From: an uncultured Chloroflexia bacterium
Lineage (GTDB): Bacteria > Chloroflexota > Limnocylindria > Limnocylindrales > CSP1-4
DNA: 64,000 bases
Direction: 5' to 3'
Assembly: GCA_963829155.1 (NCBI GenBank)
Contig: CAWHIA010000012.1
Coordinates: forward strand, 70,831-134,830
Below are positions 28,716 through 37,831 of this stretch, piece by piece; within the stretch, counting starts at the first letter, position 1, and each line of letters begins with the position of its first letter. The notes beneath the pieces were generated by a model. That model saw nothing but the letters and a program-made list of their open reading frames with translations, searched no databases and had not been told where the DNA came from. Position numbers and translations under genes: made by a program.

Positions 28716-29191
28716 GTCGCTACTGGCGGTCGAGGCTCGAACACCACGACGGCCGTCTCGCGGGATCGGCGAGCCGCGTAACCGTCGAGATCCGCGTTCC
28801 GCTGCTCGATCTCCGACCAAAGCCGGGCGCGCTCGTCGCCGGTCGCGACGCGCGCTCGGACCTGGCGTGGGCCGTCGGGCAGATCGAGGGTCGCGTCCGG
28901 GTTCGCCTGCAGGTTGAGCCACCACGCGGGTTCCGGCTCGCCCCAGCCGTTCATCGCGAGCGTGAACAGGTTCGGCCCGTCCTCGAAGTAGCCGAGCATC
29001 GCGACGCGCTCGGCGCCCGTCTTGCGGCCGGTCGTGTGGAGCCGGAGCGTCCCGTAGCTCTTGGCCGTTGGCTTCCCGAGGCCGAGCCGGCCGCCAGTGA
29101 TCGAGTACAGGGCGCGATGCACGATCCAGGCGCCACGGATGAACCACCGCGGGGGAAGGAAGGGCGATCGCTTTGTCGGCGTGCCGGTCAT
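28712..29191 (-). CDS. deazaflavin (F420H2)-dependent nitroreductase family protein (DUF385)
   Basis: The sequence reads MTGTPTKRSPFLPPRWFIRGAWIVHRALYSITGGRLG...LRLHTTGRKTGAERVAMLGYFEDGPNLFTLAMNGWGEPEPAWWLNLQANP. Confidence 0.82.
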   Translation of the reverse strand: MTGTPTKRSPFLPPRWFIRGAWIVHRALYSITGGRLGLGKPTAKSYGTLRLHTTGRKTGAERVAMLGYFEDGPNLFTLAMNGWGEPEPAWWLNLQANPDATLDLPDGPRQVRARVATGDERARLWSEIEQRNADLDGYAARRSRETAVVVFEPRPPVAT

Positions 29192-29196
29192 GCTCG

Positions 29197-29559
29197 TCAG
29201 CCCTCGACGCCCTGGGTCTCGCCCTCCGCCTCGTCCTCGCCTGCGGCGGCGGCCCGCGCGGTCTGGCTCAGGTGGCTGGCCTCGACGATCGTGGGCTCGC
29301 CGTCGCGTTCCTTCCAGCGGGTCTGGATCTCGACCTCGTCGGTCTCGCCGATGAGCCGGATGACGACGTTGTACCCGGATCCGCCACGCTCGACCGACAC
29401 GACCGTCACCTCGTTCGAGGGAAGCGGCAGGAGCGCCAGCACCTCGCCGAGGTTCTGGCGGAGCTCCTTGCTCATGTGCGCGGTCGCGCGCTCGATGTCG
29501 CCGGCCTCGAGCGCGTCGCAGAAGGCCGTGGCGCGTTCGCGAACGGTCTCGTCGTCCAT
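29197..29559 (-). CDS. hypothetical protein (120 aa)
   Basis: The ATG at 29559 is preceded by AGGAGGA. The sequence reads MDDETVRERATAFCDALEAGDIERATAHMSKELRQNLGEVLALLPLPSNEVTVVSVERGGSGYNVVIRL, with an acidic tail. Confidence 0.6.
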   Translation of the reverse strand: MDDETVRERATAFCDALEAGDIERATAHMSKELRQNLGEVLALLPLPSNEVTVVSVERGGSGYNVVIRLIGETDEVEIQTRWKERDGEPTIVEASHLSQTARAAAAGEDEAEGETQGVEG

Positions 29560-29570
29560 CGTGTGTCCTC

Positions 29571-30088
29571 CTATCCCCGCGCCGTCGAGCCAGGCGCGGA
29601 CGCTCGGCAGGTGCTCCTCGTGGAGGTGACCGGTGAAGTCTGCCTCGACCAGTCGGCCCGCCAACCCATGGCAGGGCGTTCGGATCGGTGAGCGTGTCGT
29701 CCGGCAGCGCCTCGATCGCCGCGATGAGCCGGTCGTATGAGGCGTCGTAGTCCCCCACCAGCTGCTCGGGCGAGCGGCCGGCGTGCTGCTCGTGGATCCA
29801 GGCGTTGATCGTCACCGGGTCGGCGAGATCGGGCCCGGAGAACCTGTCGTCGTCGACGATCTCGGACGGCCACGGCGCCGCGGGCTCGGGCTCGCCTCGG
29901 CCAGCGGCCTCGAGTCGGGCGATCGTGTGATTGCGCCAGCCGACGAGGTGACCGGCCATGTCCGCGAAGCTCCACTCCCCCATCGGGCCCGGCTCGGCGT
30001 AGCGGCCGGGGCCGACCTCGGCGGCGAGATCACGCCAGAACCGCTGATCGGCGCGAAGCGAGGAGATCTGGTCGGCCTTCGTTCGCAT
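29571..30088 (-). pseudogene. DinB/mycothiol-dependent-isomerase-N (TIGR03083-like) family protein, with two +1 frameshifts near 29672 and 29576
   Basis: The N-terminal part reads MRTKADQISSLRADQRFWRDLAAEV...WSFADMAGHLVGWRNHTIARL...YDRLIAAIEALPDDTLTDPNALPWVG. It continues as GRLVEADFTGHLHEEHLPSVRAWLDGAG in ORF 29197..29664. Removing one G from the GGGG run (29574-29577) restores a TAG stop (29571-29573) 11 nt before the next ATG. Confidence 0.7.
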
Positions 30089-30130
30089 CGGACCCTCGTG
30101 GGCTACCTGATGCCCGGACGGGCGAGTCGC

Positions 30131-30487
30131 CTACTCGGCGGACTGGTAAACCCCGAGGATGTTGCCCGACGGGTCAGCGAAGGTGAACCGCCGTCCACCG
30201 GGATACTCGTGCAGCTCGACCTGGATGCGACCGCCGGCCTCGAGCACGCTCGCCAGCGTGGATTCGACATCGTCCGTGCGCACCAATGCGAGCACGCCCT
30301 CGCCGCGGGTCGAGGGGACGCGCGGGTTCAGGCCGCCGAACTCCTGGCCGGGTTTGCTGGGATCCTTGATTCCCGCGTAGTCGGGCCCGTAGTCGTTGAA
30401 CGTCCAGCCCAGCGCCTTCGCGTAGAAGTCCTTCGCCTGCTCCAGGTCGTCGACGGGCAGCTCGACGTAGTCGATCACGTTTGCCAT
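30131..30487 (-). CDS. VOC/glyoxalase family protein
   Basis: The sequence reads MANVIDYVELPVDDLEQAKDFYAKALGWTFNDYGPDYAG...GGRRFTFADPSGNILGVYQ. The ORF is intact at 118 aa. Confidence 0.85.
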   Translation of the reverse strand: MANVIDYVELPVDDLEQAKDFYAKALGWTFNDYGPDYAGIKDPSKPGQEFGGLNPRVPSTRGEGVLALVRTDDVESTLASVLEAGGRIQVELHEYPGGRRFTFADPSGNILGVYQSAE

Positions 30488-30537
30488 GAGCCCAGACTAC
30501 GCATCGCGGCGACACCGATGCAAGAGATGATGGGGAC

Positions 30538-31739
30538 ATGGCTTCGGAGATGCGCTACCTGACACAGGCGGAGCTCGCGCGTGAGGCGGACGTCGAGCCC
30601 GCGGAGATCGACGACCTGGTCGCCGTCGGCGTGCTCGTGCGGGATGCCGAGGGCCGATTCGTCGCGGTTGACGTGTCGCGCGTCAGGCTGGCGCACGCGC
30701 TGCGCGAGGGCGGCATCACGCCCGACGACATGCTGTGGGCGATCGAGACCCAGCGGCTCCCGATCGACCGCGTGGCGGAGTATGTTTGCGCCGCCGAGCC
30801 GGTCCGACCACACGTTCGGCGAGCTCGTGGCCGTGCTCGGCGATCGGGGGGCGAACCTGGCGGCCGTGTACGCGGCGCTCGGGCTCGCCGTGCCGCCGCT
30901 CGAGGCGGCCATTCCCGCCGACGAGGAGCGGCTGATCCTGCGCTTCCTCGAGGTCTGGGCGATGGTGGACGACACACCCGAGGTGGCCCAGCGCGCGGCC
31001 CACATCGTGGGCGACGGCATGCGGCGGATCACGGCCGGGACCCTGGACCTGTTCGACGACCACGGCGGCTCGCCGCCTGACCGGCTGCGTCGTGGCCTCG
31101 AGCCCGGACGCGGCGATGCAGCCGTCGTTCATGATGCCGTCGCTCCAGCGAGACATGCTGGAGTGGCTGAACACCCGGCACACCGAGCACGAGGTGTTCG
31201 AGCGGATCGTCAGCTTCATGGAGCGGGCGGTCGAGCGCGCGGGTCGCGCCGAACCGCACCCCGTCGATCCGCCGGCGATCGCGTTCGTCGACCTCGCCGG
31301 GTACACCGCGCTGACGGCGACCGACGGCGACGAGCGGGCCGCCGAGTTCGCGACGAGGCTCCACGTCGTCGCGAGCCGCGTGGTCGCGATCCACCTCGGG
31401 CGGGTCGTGAAACAGCTCGGCGACGGCGTCCTGCTCCGATTCCGGTCGGGAGGCGGCGCGGTCGGCGGCGTCCGCGAGCTCGTCGCGGCGCTGGCTGAGG
31501 CCGGGCTGCCGGCGGCGCACGCGGGCATCGCGGTCGGGCGATTCGTCGTGCGCGACGGCGACGTGTACGGCAACGTCGTCAACCTGGCGGCTCGGATCGC
31601 CGCACACGCGCGGCCCGGCGAGGCGCTGCTCCCGATCGACGACGCGCGGGCGCTCCTCTCCCCCACCGACTGGGAGGACGCGGGCACCGCCGAGCTCAAG
31701 GGTCTTCCCGAGCCCATCGGGCTGGCGAGGCTGCGGTAG
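30538..31739 (+). pseudogene. class III adenylate/guanylate cyclase with an N-terminal MerR-like HTH and helical domain, with two +1 frameshifts near 30783 and 31090
   Basis: There are three pieces in frames 1, 2 and 3. The first reads MRYLTQAELAREADVEPAEIDDLVAVGVL. The second reads FAPPSRSDHTFGELVAVLGDRGANLAAVYAALGL...RAAHIVGDGMRRI. The third reads IAFVDLAGYTALT...KQLGDGVLLRF...YGNVVNLAARIA. Confidence 0.75.
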
Positions 31740-31749
31740 CGGGGTTTCC

Positions 31750-32880
31750 GTGCCGGGCCGGCCGTGCGACGATGGAAGCGTGGATACCATCTCGAACGGG
31801 GCGAATGTGACATCCGCGGACCGTCGAATCCGGATCGCCCTCCTCGCCGCACCGGAGACGTCGGCGTCCGTCCTGTACGGGCTGTACGACGTGCTGCTGT
31901 CGGTCGGTGCGGTCTACCCTGACATGACCGTCGGGACGCCCGGTGAGGCGCTCCTCGACGTGTTCATTGTGGCCGCGACGGCGGCGCCGTTCCGATGCTT
32001 CGGGAACGTGCTCGTGGAGCCAGCACTCGCGGTGACGGATGCCGAGGACGTCGACGTGGTGGTCATCTGCGACATGTACGCGCCGATCACGGAGGCGCCG
32101 AAGGGCCGCTACCTGGCCGAGACGGCCTGGCTGCGGCGGGTCCACGCTCGCGGCGCCATGATCGCGACGGTCTGCACGGGGTCGGTGCTCCTCGCGGAAT
32201 CCGGCCTGCTCGACGGTCGATCGAGCGCGTGCCACTGGGCGTACGGGCGGCTGTTCAAGGAGGCCTACCCGCGGGTCCGCTTCCGACCCGACAAGGTCCT
32301 GGAGCTCGCGCACGAGGCCGACGGGATCATCACCGGCGGCGGCGTGACGGCATGGCACGACCTCGCCCTGTACCTGATCGCGCGGTACTGCGGCCCGGCC
32401 CAGGCCGCCGACACCGCGAAGGTCTACCTCCTCGACCGCCACCCCGACGGGCAGCTGCCGTATTCCGCCATGACCCGGGTCGTCCGGGGCGACGATGCCG
32501 CCATCGCTCGAGCCCTTGACTGGATCGACGACCACTACGCGGTGGCCAACCCGGTGTCCGCGATGGCGACCGAGGCCGGGCTCCTGCCGCGGACCTTCGG
32601 CCGCCGCTTCGCCGCCGCGACCGGCCGCCGGCCCATCGAGCACGTCCACGCCCTGCGCGTCGAGGCCGCGCGTCGCCTCCTCGAGGCGGGCAGCGCGGCC
32701 GTCGACGACGTGGGTTTCACGGTTGGCTACGAGGATCCGACGTTCTTCCGCCGCCTGTTCCGGCGCGCCACGGGCATGTCGCCCGCGGCGTACCGGCGGA
32801 AGTACGCGGCGATCGTCCCCGTCTCGCCGGCGGCACTGACCGAGGCGGTCGTCGCCGTGCGGCCGATCGCCACCGGCTAG
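31750..32880 (+). CDS. GlxA-family transcriptional regulator (DJ-1/PfpI-like domain plus AraC HTH)
   Basis: The sequence reads IRIALLAAPETSASVLYGLYDVL...IATVCTGSVLLAESGLLDGRSSACHW...VGYEDPTFFRRLFRRATGMSPAAYRR. The start is uncertain (GTG at 31750 or later). Confidence 0.82.
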   Translation: MPGRPCDDGSVDTISNGANVTSADRRIRIALLAAPETSASVLYGLYDVLLSVGAVYPDMTVGTPGEALLDVFIVAATAAPFRCFGNVLVEPALAVTDAEDVDVVVICDMYAPITEAPKGRYLAETAWLRRVHARGAMIATVCTGSVLLAESGLLDGRSSACHWAYGRLFKEAYPRVRFRPDKVLELAHEADGIITGGGVTAWHDLALYLIARYCGPAQAADTAKVYLLDRHPDGQLPYSAMTRVVRGDDAAIARALDWIDDHYAVANPVSAMATEAGLLPRTFGRRFAAATGRRPIEHVHALRVEAARRLLEAGSAAVDDVGFTVGYEDPTFFRRLFRRATGMSPAAYRRKYAAIVPVSPAALTEAVVAVRPIATG

Positions 32881-33473
32881 CAGGGCGGGGTGACGGCGGC
32901 CGCGGCCGCGCTTCGCGACGCCGGCCCGGCCAGGCGAGCCGAGATCGACGCCGACTTGTGGCTCGGGGCCGATGCAGCCTTTCGGCCGAGCTGGATGTTG
33001 CCCCAGTAGGGGTAGTAGACGGGGTTGGCGTCGACCACGTCGGTGAAGCTCAGCTCCCCGCGCGCGCCGGCGAAGACCCCGTCGCCGTCGATGATCGGGT
33101 GGTGGCAGCGGCCGTGGAGCTCGGTCGCGCCGTCGAAGCGCGCCGTGTAGGTGTAGGTCGTCTTGAACGTGCCGAACACGCCGCCGAGGTACCCCTCGAA
33201 ATGCTCCGTGCCGTGCGCGAGCATCGTTCCCTGCACCGGCATCGGCTTGACCTCGAACGTGTCGATGATCCAGCAGCCGGTGAGCGAGCCGTCCATGAGG
33301 TAGCCGTCGACGCCCTCGATCTGGCACGAGCCGAACTCGTGCTGGATGCCCCGGACGACGGTGGCGCCGCTCCCCGCCGCCAACGCGGTGCCCGGGACGA
33401 CGGCGGCAAGCAGGCCGACCGCCAGGATCGCGACCACGCGTCGCGTCCGCCGTGCCCTCATCGTGAACGACAT
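32877..33473 (-). CDS. secreted hypothetical protein (signal peptide with RR motif)
   Basis: The signal peptide is MSFTMRARRTRRVVAILAVGLLAAVVPGTALA|AG. The mature part is Cys-containing and beta-rich (GSCQIEGVDGYLMDGSLTGCWIIDTFEV...). Confidence 0.65.
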   Translation of the reverse strand: MSFTMRARRTRRVVAILAVGLLAAVVPGTALAAGSGATVVRGIQHEFGSCQIEGVDGYLMDGSLTGCWIIDTFEVKPMPVQGTMLAHGTEHFEGYLGGVFGTFKTTYTYTARFDGATELHGRCHHPIIDGDGVFAGARGELSFTDVVDANPVYYPYWGNIQLGRKAASAPSHKSASISARLAGPASRSAAAAAVTPPC

Positions 33474-33608
33474 GTCCGCAGCCTCCTGCGTGGCTTCGGC
33501 TGGTCACGGCCCCCGCCGCCGTTGCCATTTCGAGCAGGGTGTCGTGGGCCGCCGCCGATCGCCAGAGCGAGACATGCCCGATTCGGGGCGATTTGGACAT
33601 CGCGCCCC

Positions 33609-33851
33609 CTAGCGGCTCTGGAGAAAGGCCAGGACGGCGAGAACCCGGCGGTGATCCTCCTCGGCGGGCTCGAGCCCGAGCTTTCCGAACAACGAGCCGA
33701 TGTAGGCCTCGACCGTCTTCTCGGACAGGAACAGGCGCGCGGCGATCGCGCGGTTCGACCGGCCGGCCGCCATCTCGAGATCAACGTCGCGACTGGCTAC
33801 ACGCTCGTCCAGACAGGCGTGCGGAATGTGTCCGTCGTTCTTCGATGGCAT
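33609..33851 (-). CDS. stand-alone LuxR/GerE-type HTH protein (80 aa)
   Basis: The sequence reads LEMAAGRSNRAIAARLFLSEKTVEAYIGSLFGKLGLEPAEEDHRRVLAVLAFL. The start is the ATG at 33851. No receiver or ligand domain lies upstream in frame. Confidence 0.7.
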   Translation of the reverse strand: MPSKNDGHIPHACLDERVASRDVDLEMAAGRSNRAIAARLFLSEKTVEAYIGSLFGKLGLEPAEEDHRRVLAVLAFLQSR

Positions 33852-33963
33852 CGACTGGTGCGGGCTGCTCAGCCCCAGCTTAGGCAAGGCTCCCTGGCGC
33901 CGCTGCAACCCGACCGGGCTGCCGCGGCGCTGCTTACCGCGCCGCGCCGGCTCTTCGCGACGG

Positions 33964-34956
33964 CTAGCGCTTCCGGGTCGCCGCGAGCGAGCCGAGCGCC
34001 GCCTGGTCGAGCGCGTCGGGCGGGACGCTCGCGACACGTGCCGGCGTGCGAGCCCACAAGGTCGCGGTTCGCTTCCCCTGCTCGAGCGCCGCTCGTTCCC
34101 CGACGACCGCGCCGGGGCCGATCTCCGCGACCGCCGTGTCGTCGACCTCCACGACGAAGATCCCATCGAGGATCAGGAAGACCTCCGTGCCCGGCTCGCC
34201 CTGGCGGACCAGGGTCTTGCCCTCAGGCACGGTGCGGATCTCCGGCTTGGCGCCGCCGTGCATGATCGCGCCCGACAGCGAGCGCTCGAGCGCCGACTCC
34301 ACCGCCGCCGTGACGGCCGGGGAATCCTGCGTTCCCCATGGTGTCCGGTCGCCGAAGGAGTGGTTGAACCAGGTCGCGAAGTCGATCGTCGCGGACTTCT
34401 CCACGAGCGTTCCGTCGTGGTCGTAGATCCAGTGGCGCGGGAACGGGCTGGCGCCCACCACCTCGTGGCTGGAGGTGCCGTCGGCGTTGATGGTCAGGGC
34501 CAGCGTCGTCCACGCGATCGACGGCCAGAACTGCACGAACGGCTTGTGCGGGATCGGCCGGGGCGTGGGCAGGCCCATGCGGCCGCCGACCGTCTGCACG
34601 AATCGCGCCGAGGTCGGCCCGATTTCGGGTTCGTGCTGGATGTCGGGCAGGTGCACCGCGGGGAACCGCATCGCGGCGGCGCCGACGCGCACTGTCGTGG
34701 CGCCGATGTGGCCCTGCCCGAGGTGGCCGGCGCCGACGATCCGGCCGTCCTCGACCTCGATGTACGCCCGCAGCTCGTTGGCTTCGCGGAACCGGTCGCT
34801 CGTTCGAAGCGCCTCGAGGTCTTCGAGTCGGTCCGGCGGCGGCTCGTCGTAGTGGGTGACGCCAAATCCGAAGGGAAGCTTCGACGGGCCGGTGATCGAC
34901 TCGGATGGAATCCACGAGATCGCGGTGACGGACGACTCGAAGCGCTCGGTGGCCAC
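33964..34956 (-). CDS. protein with an unknown ~230-aa N-terminal domain and a C-terminal cyclic-nucleotide-binding domain
   Basis: The CNB motifs read LVRQGEPGTEVFLILDGIFVVEV...IGPGAVVGERAAL...RTATLWARTPARV. The ORF is open to 35004. I prefer the GTG at 34956, which has GAGG 8 nt upstream. Confidence 0.78.
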   Translation of the reverse strand: MATERFESSVTAISWIPSESITGPSKLPFGFGVTHYDEPPPDRLEDLEALRTSDRFREANELRAYIEVEDGRIVGAGHLGQGHIGATTVRVGAAAMRFPAVHLPDIQHEPEIGPTSARFVQTVGGRMGLPTPRPIPHKPFVQFWPSIAWTTLALTINADGTSSHEVVGASPFPRHWIYDHDGTLVEKSATIDFATWFNHSFGDRTPWGTQDSPAVTAAVESALERSLSGAIMHGGAKPEIRTVPEGKTLVRQGEPGTEVFLILDGIFVVEVDDTAVAEIGPGAVVGERAALEQGKRTATLWARTPARVASVPPDALDQAALGSLAATRKR

Positions 34957-35131
34957 GGAGGTACCTCGTGCGTGACGGTCCTGGTGCCCCCGCAAGGCCA
35001 CCATTCTCGCCGGTCAACCGCCGCGGCGTGCGGTCGGTGAGCGAGCCCGAGCGCGGTGGTCGCCATAGCCAAAGAGGCGGTCGTGGGGCCTGACGGTTGC
35101 CCCGGCCGGGACCGTCGGCCATCCTGTCGGC

Positions 35132-35950
35132 GTGTCCCTCTATATGGATCGCCACGAGTTCACCGGGCTGACGGCCGAGGAGGCCGCGGCGGCGCATCTC
35201 CGGGACCTCGAGGTCCAGGGCCAGTTCGGCGTCAGGTTCCTGACCTACTGGTTCGACGAGGAGCGCCAGACGGCCTTCTGCCTGGCGAACGCGCCCGACA
35301 AGGAAGCGGTCGAAGGGGTGCATCGTGCCTCGCACGGCTTCATGGCCTACCAGATCATCGAGGTCGACCTTGCGATGGTCGAGCGGTTCATGGGCGGCAT
35401 CGTCCAGCACCCGGCCGGGGAGCCGTATGTCGACACGGCCTTCCGGACGATCCTGTTCACCGACATCGTGGGCTCGACGAGCCTGACCCAGGAGCTCGGC
35501 GATGCCCGCGCGATGGCGGTGCTGCGGACGCATGACGCGATCGTCCGCGAGGCGGTGGCCAGCAATGGTGGGTCGGAGGTGAAGCACACCGGCGACGGCA
35601 TCATGGTCGCCTTCCGTTCGGTCCTTGGCGCGATTCGGTGTGCGGTCACGATCCAGGAAGGGCTCGCCGACGCCAACGACAGCTCGGAGGCGCAGCTCCG
35701 GGTCCGGATCGGCCTTGCCGCAGGCGAGCCGGTGACCGAGCGCGACGACCTGTTCGGCGCGGCCGTACAGCTGGCGGCCCGCTTGTGCAGTCGCGCCGAG
35801 CCGGAGACGATCCTCGTCTCAAGCGCGGTCCGCGACCTGGCGATAGGGAAGGGCTTCCAGTTCCGGAAGCGCGGACCTCTCCGTCTCAAAGGCTTCGATG
35901 AGCCGGTCACGGCGTACGAGATCGACTGGCGAAGACCCGCTTCGGCCTGA
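35132..35950 (+). CDS. DUF4242 (SCO4226-like) domain fused to a class III adenylate/guanylate cyclase
   Basis: The N-terminus reads MSLYMDRHEF..LTAEEAAAAHLRDLEVQGQFGVRFLTYWFDEERQTAFCL. The cyclase domain reads RTILFTDIVGSTSLT...KHTGDGIMVAF...VRIGLAAGEPV...LFGAAVQLAARL. Confidence 0.85.
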   Translation: MSLYMDRHEFTGLTAEEAAAAHLRDLEVQGQFGVRFLTYWFDEERQTAFCLANAPDKEAVEGVHRASHGFMAYQIIEVDLAMVERFMGGIVQHPAGEPYVDTAFRTILFTDIVGSTSLTQELGDARAMAVLRTHDAIVREAVASNGGSEVKHTGDGIMVAFRSVLGAIRCAVTIQEGLADANDSSEAQLRVRIGLAAGEPVTERDDLFGAAVQLAARLCSRAEPETILVSSAVRDLAIGKGFQFRKRGPLRLKGFDEPVTAYEIDWRRPASA

Positions 35951-35965
35951 TCCGATCGCCTCGCC

Positions 35966-36312
35966 TTAGTCCCCCACGCGGCTCCAGAACTCGATCGGCA
36001 CGCCGGCCTCGCGGAGGTCGTTTCCCGGGTCCTTCCCGCCGTGCGCGTCGGACCAGTCCTTGAGGAGCTGGAGCGCGTCGTCGCCCTTACCTCCTCCGAG
36101 GGCGGCAACCATCGCGTCGACGGCATCGGGCTTGATCGACCAGGCCCACTCGTACTCGGTGATTGCCCTTGCCAAAGGCGCGCTCGACGCCCGGGTCCGA
36201 GGTCCTGGCCCTCGATCACGATGCCGCCATCGTCCCGCCACTCGGCCCCGAGGTAACGCACGCCGTCCGCGTCGTTCTGGTCGCGCAGGACGATCGACTT
36301 CAGCCTGTCCAC
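35966..36312 (-). pseudogene. hypothetical small protein, apparently with two +1 frameshifts near 36190 and 36165
   Basis: The reconstruction is VDRLKSIVLRDQNDADGVRYLGAEWRDDGGIVIEGQDLGPG | VERAFGKG | ITEYEWAWSIKPDAVDAMVAALGGGKGDDALQLLKDWSDAHGGKDPGNDLREAGVPIEFWSRVGD. It uses all three frames. The family is not recognised. Confidence 0.45.
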
Positions 36313-36518
36313 ACCTATCCCACTTCGCCATTTCCCGGCCCCGATCTCGCCGCGCCGGCACATTCGGGGGCAGGGTACGACTCCGCGTCCACCGCTTCCG
36401 GCATCGACGATCGTCCATACCGGAACGCAGACGCCTGTCGGGCGACTCCGGATCAATACGCACGCACATTGATGGTGGCCGCTCCAAATCCGTCACGCCC
36501 ACCTTGGAGACCATCGTC

Positions 36519-37272
36519 ATGCGACGCATCGCCCTCCTCGCGCCCGCCGTGCTCGTGCTCGTCGCCGCCTGCGCGACCGCGCAGCCCGGTGCGCCGAGCC
36601 CGTCCGCCGTTCCCTCCGATCCCCTCCCCGATGGCCACGCCGCAGCCGACGGCCTCGCCATCGAGCCCGGAGACGCCGCCGTCCTCCCCCGCGGTGACCC
36701 CTTCTCCAGTCGTCACGCCGGCCCCGACCGACAGCCCGGCGCCCGCGATGACCAAGGGCGAGAAGAAGCTCGTCGCCATGCTGCGCCCGGACGCCGCTGT
36801 CAACTGCGTCCCTCGACGGTCCGACCTCCCCAAGGGCGCCCGGTTCGGCATCGAGTGCAGCCCGCACGGCTCGCTCGCCGCGCGCGTCGGCGTCTACCGG
36901 TTCGCGTCGTCGAACGAGGCCGCCTTCGCGTACATGACCCGCATGGCCTCGGCCGGCGTCGACGTCCGCTCGGGCGACTGCAACCGCGACAAGCCCGGCG
37001 AGGAGCCGTGGGTCCCCGGCGACGGCGAGGCCAACTACGACGATCCCGGCGTGTTCAACTGGGAGAACGAGGCCCTCATGCCGGAGCGGATCGGCTGCTT
37101 CCTGAACGACGACGGCATCGCGAACGTCCGCGTCGCCTGCGGATACGACTACATCGGCGTCCTTGGCACGGGTCGCGACCTGTCGGACCTTACCGACTGG
37201 ACCTGGAAGTACCCGAAGGGCACCGAGCACCCGATCCCCGAGCCGCCCGGCATCTGCGTCAACGGCAACTAG
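36519..37272 (+). pseudogene. lipoprotein of unknown function, with a +1 frameshift near 36625 inside the Pro-rich linker
   Basis: The signal and lipobox are MRRIALLAPAVLVLVAAC|ATAQ. A PS/PT-rich linker follows. The conserved-looking Cys-containing domain reads KKLVAMLRPDAAVNCVPRRSDLPKGARFGIECSP...CNRDKPGEEPWVPGDGE...GCFLNDDGIANVRVAC...PPGICVNGN. Confidence 0.65.
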
Positions 37273-37279
37273 CTGCTCG

Positions 37280-37732
37280 TCAACCCGAGGAGCGCGACCA
37301 GACGTACCGCACGTCGGGCTCGCGTTCCTCGTTTCCGCTCCCGTCCGTGAGCTCGACGGCCTCGAACCCGTTGCGCTCGTAGAAGCGGCGAGCGCGGTCG
37401 TTCACCTGGAACGTCCAGAGCTCGAGGCGGCCGTCGGCTCGAGCCTTGGCGAGGTCGACGAACCGACGGCCGATCCCCTCCCCTGCCCGCTCCGGCTCGA
37501 TGTACAGGTGCTCGATCCAGCCCGGCGTGAGCGACATCATCCCGATGACACGAGCGTTATCGACCGCGATCCAACACTCCGTGGTCGGCACGACGTCGCC
37601 GGCGATCCAGGCCCGGACCTCGTCGTCGGTGTGGACGGTTGGGAATGTCGGATACGTCGCATGGAAGGCCGCCAGGAAGACCTCGGCGACCGTGGCGGCG
37701 TCGTCAACGGTGGCGCGGCGGACATCGAGCAT
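37280..37732 (-). CDS. GNAT family N-acetyltransferase
   Basis: The sequence reads RRATVDDAATVAEVFLAAFHATY...IEHLYIEPERAGEGIGRRFVDLAKA...VNDRARRFYERNGFE. The ORF is intact at 150 aa. Confidence 0.85.
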   Translation of the reverse strand: MLDVRRATVDDAATVAEVFLAAFHATYPTFPTVHTDDEVRAWIAGDVVPTTECWIAVDNARVIGMMSLTPGWIEHLYIEPERAGEGIGRRFVDLAKARADGRLELWTFQVNDRARRFYERNGFEAVELTDGSGNEEREPDVRYVWSRSSG

Positions 37733-37831
37733 CGAACTGGCGACCCCTTCGCTAGCTCGGGAGTGTGTCGTGCAAGCGTAGCGACGAGCAACGGCTCAGT
37801 CGGACCGGTCGCGGCCGGTTACCCTCGGCCG

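Noticed and set aside
33964-35950. A Pycsar/CBASS-type defence interpretation of the cyclase plus CNB-domain gene pair.
   Set aside because: The genes are divergent rather than in one operon. The CNB protein has no TM, TIR or nuclease effector that I can recognise. The cyclase has an ordinary class-III signature with a DUF4242 sensor. Ordinary cAMP regulation is more parsimonious.
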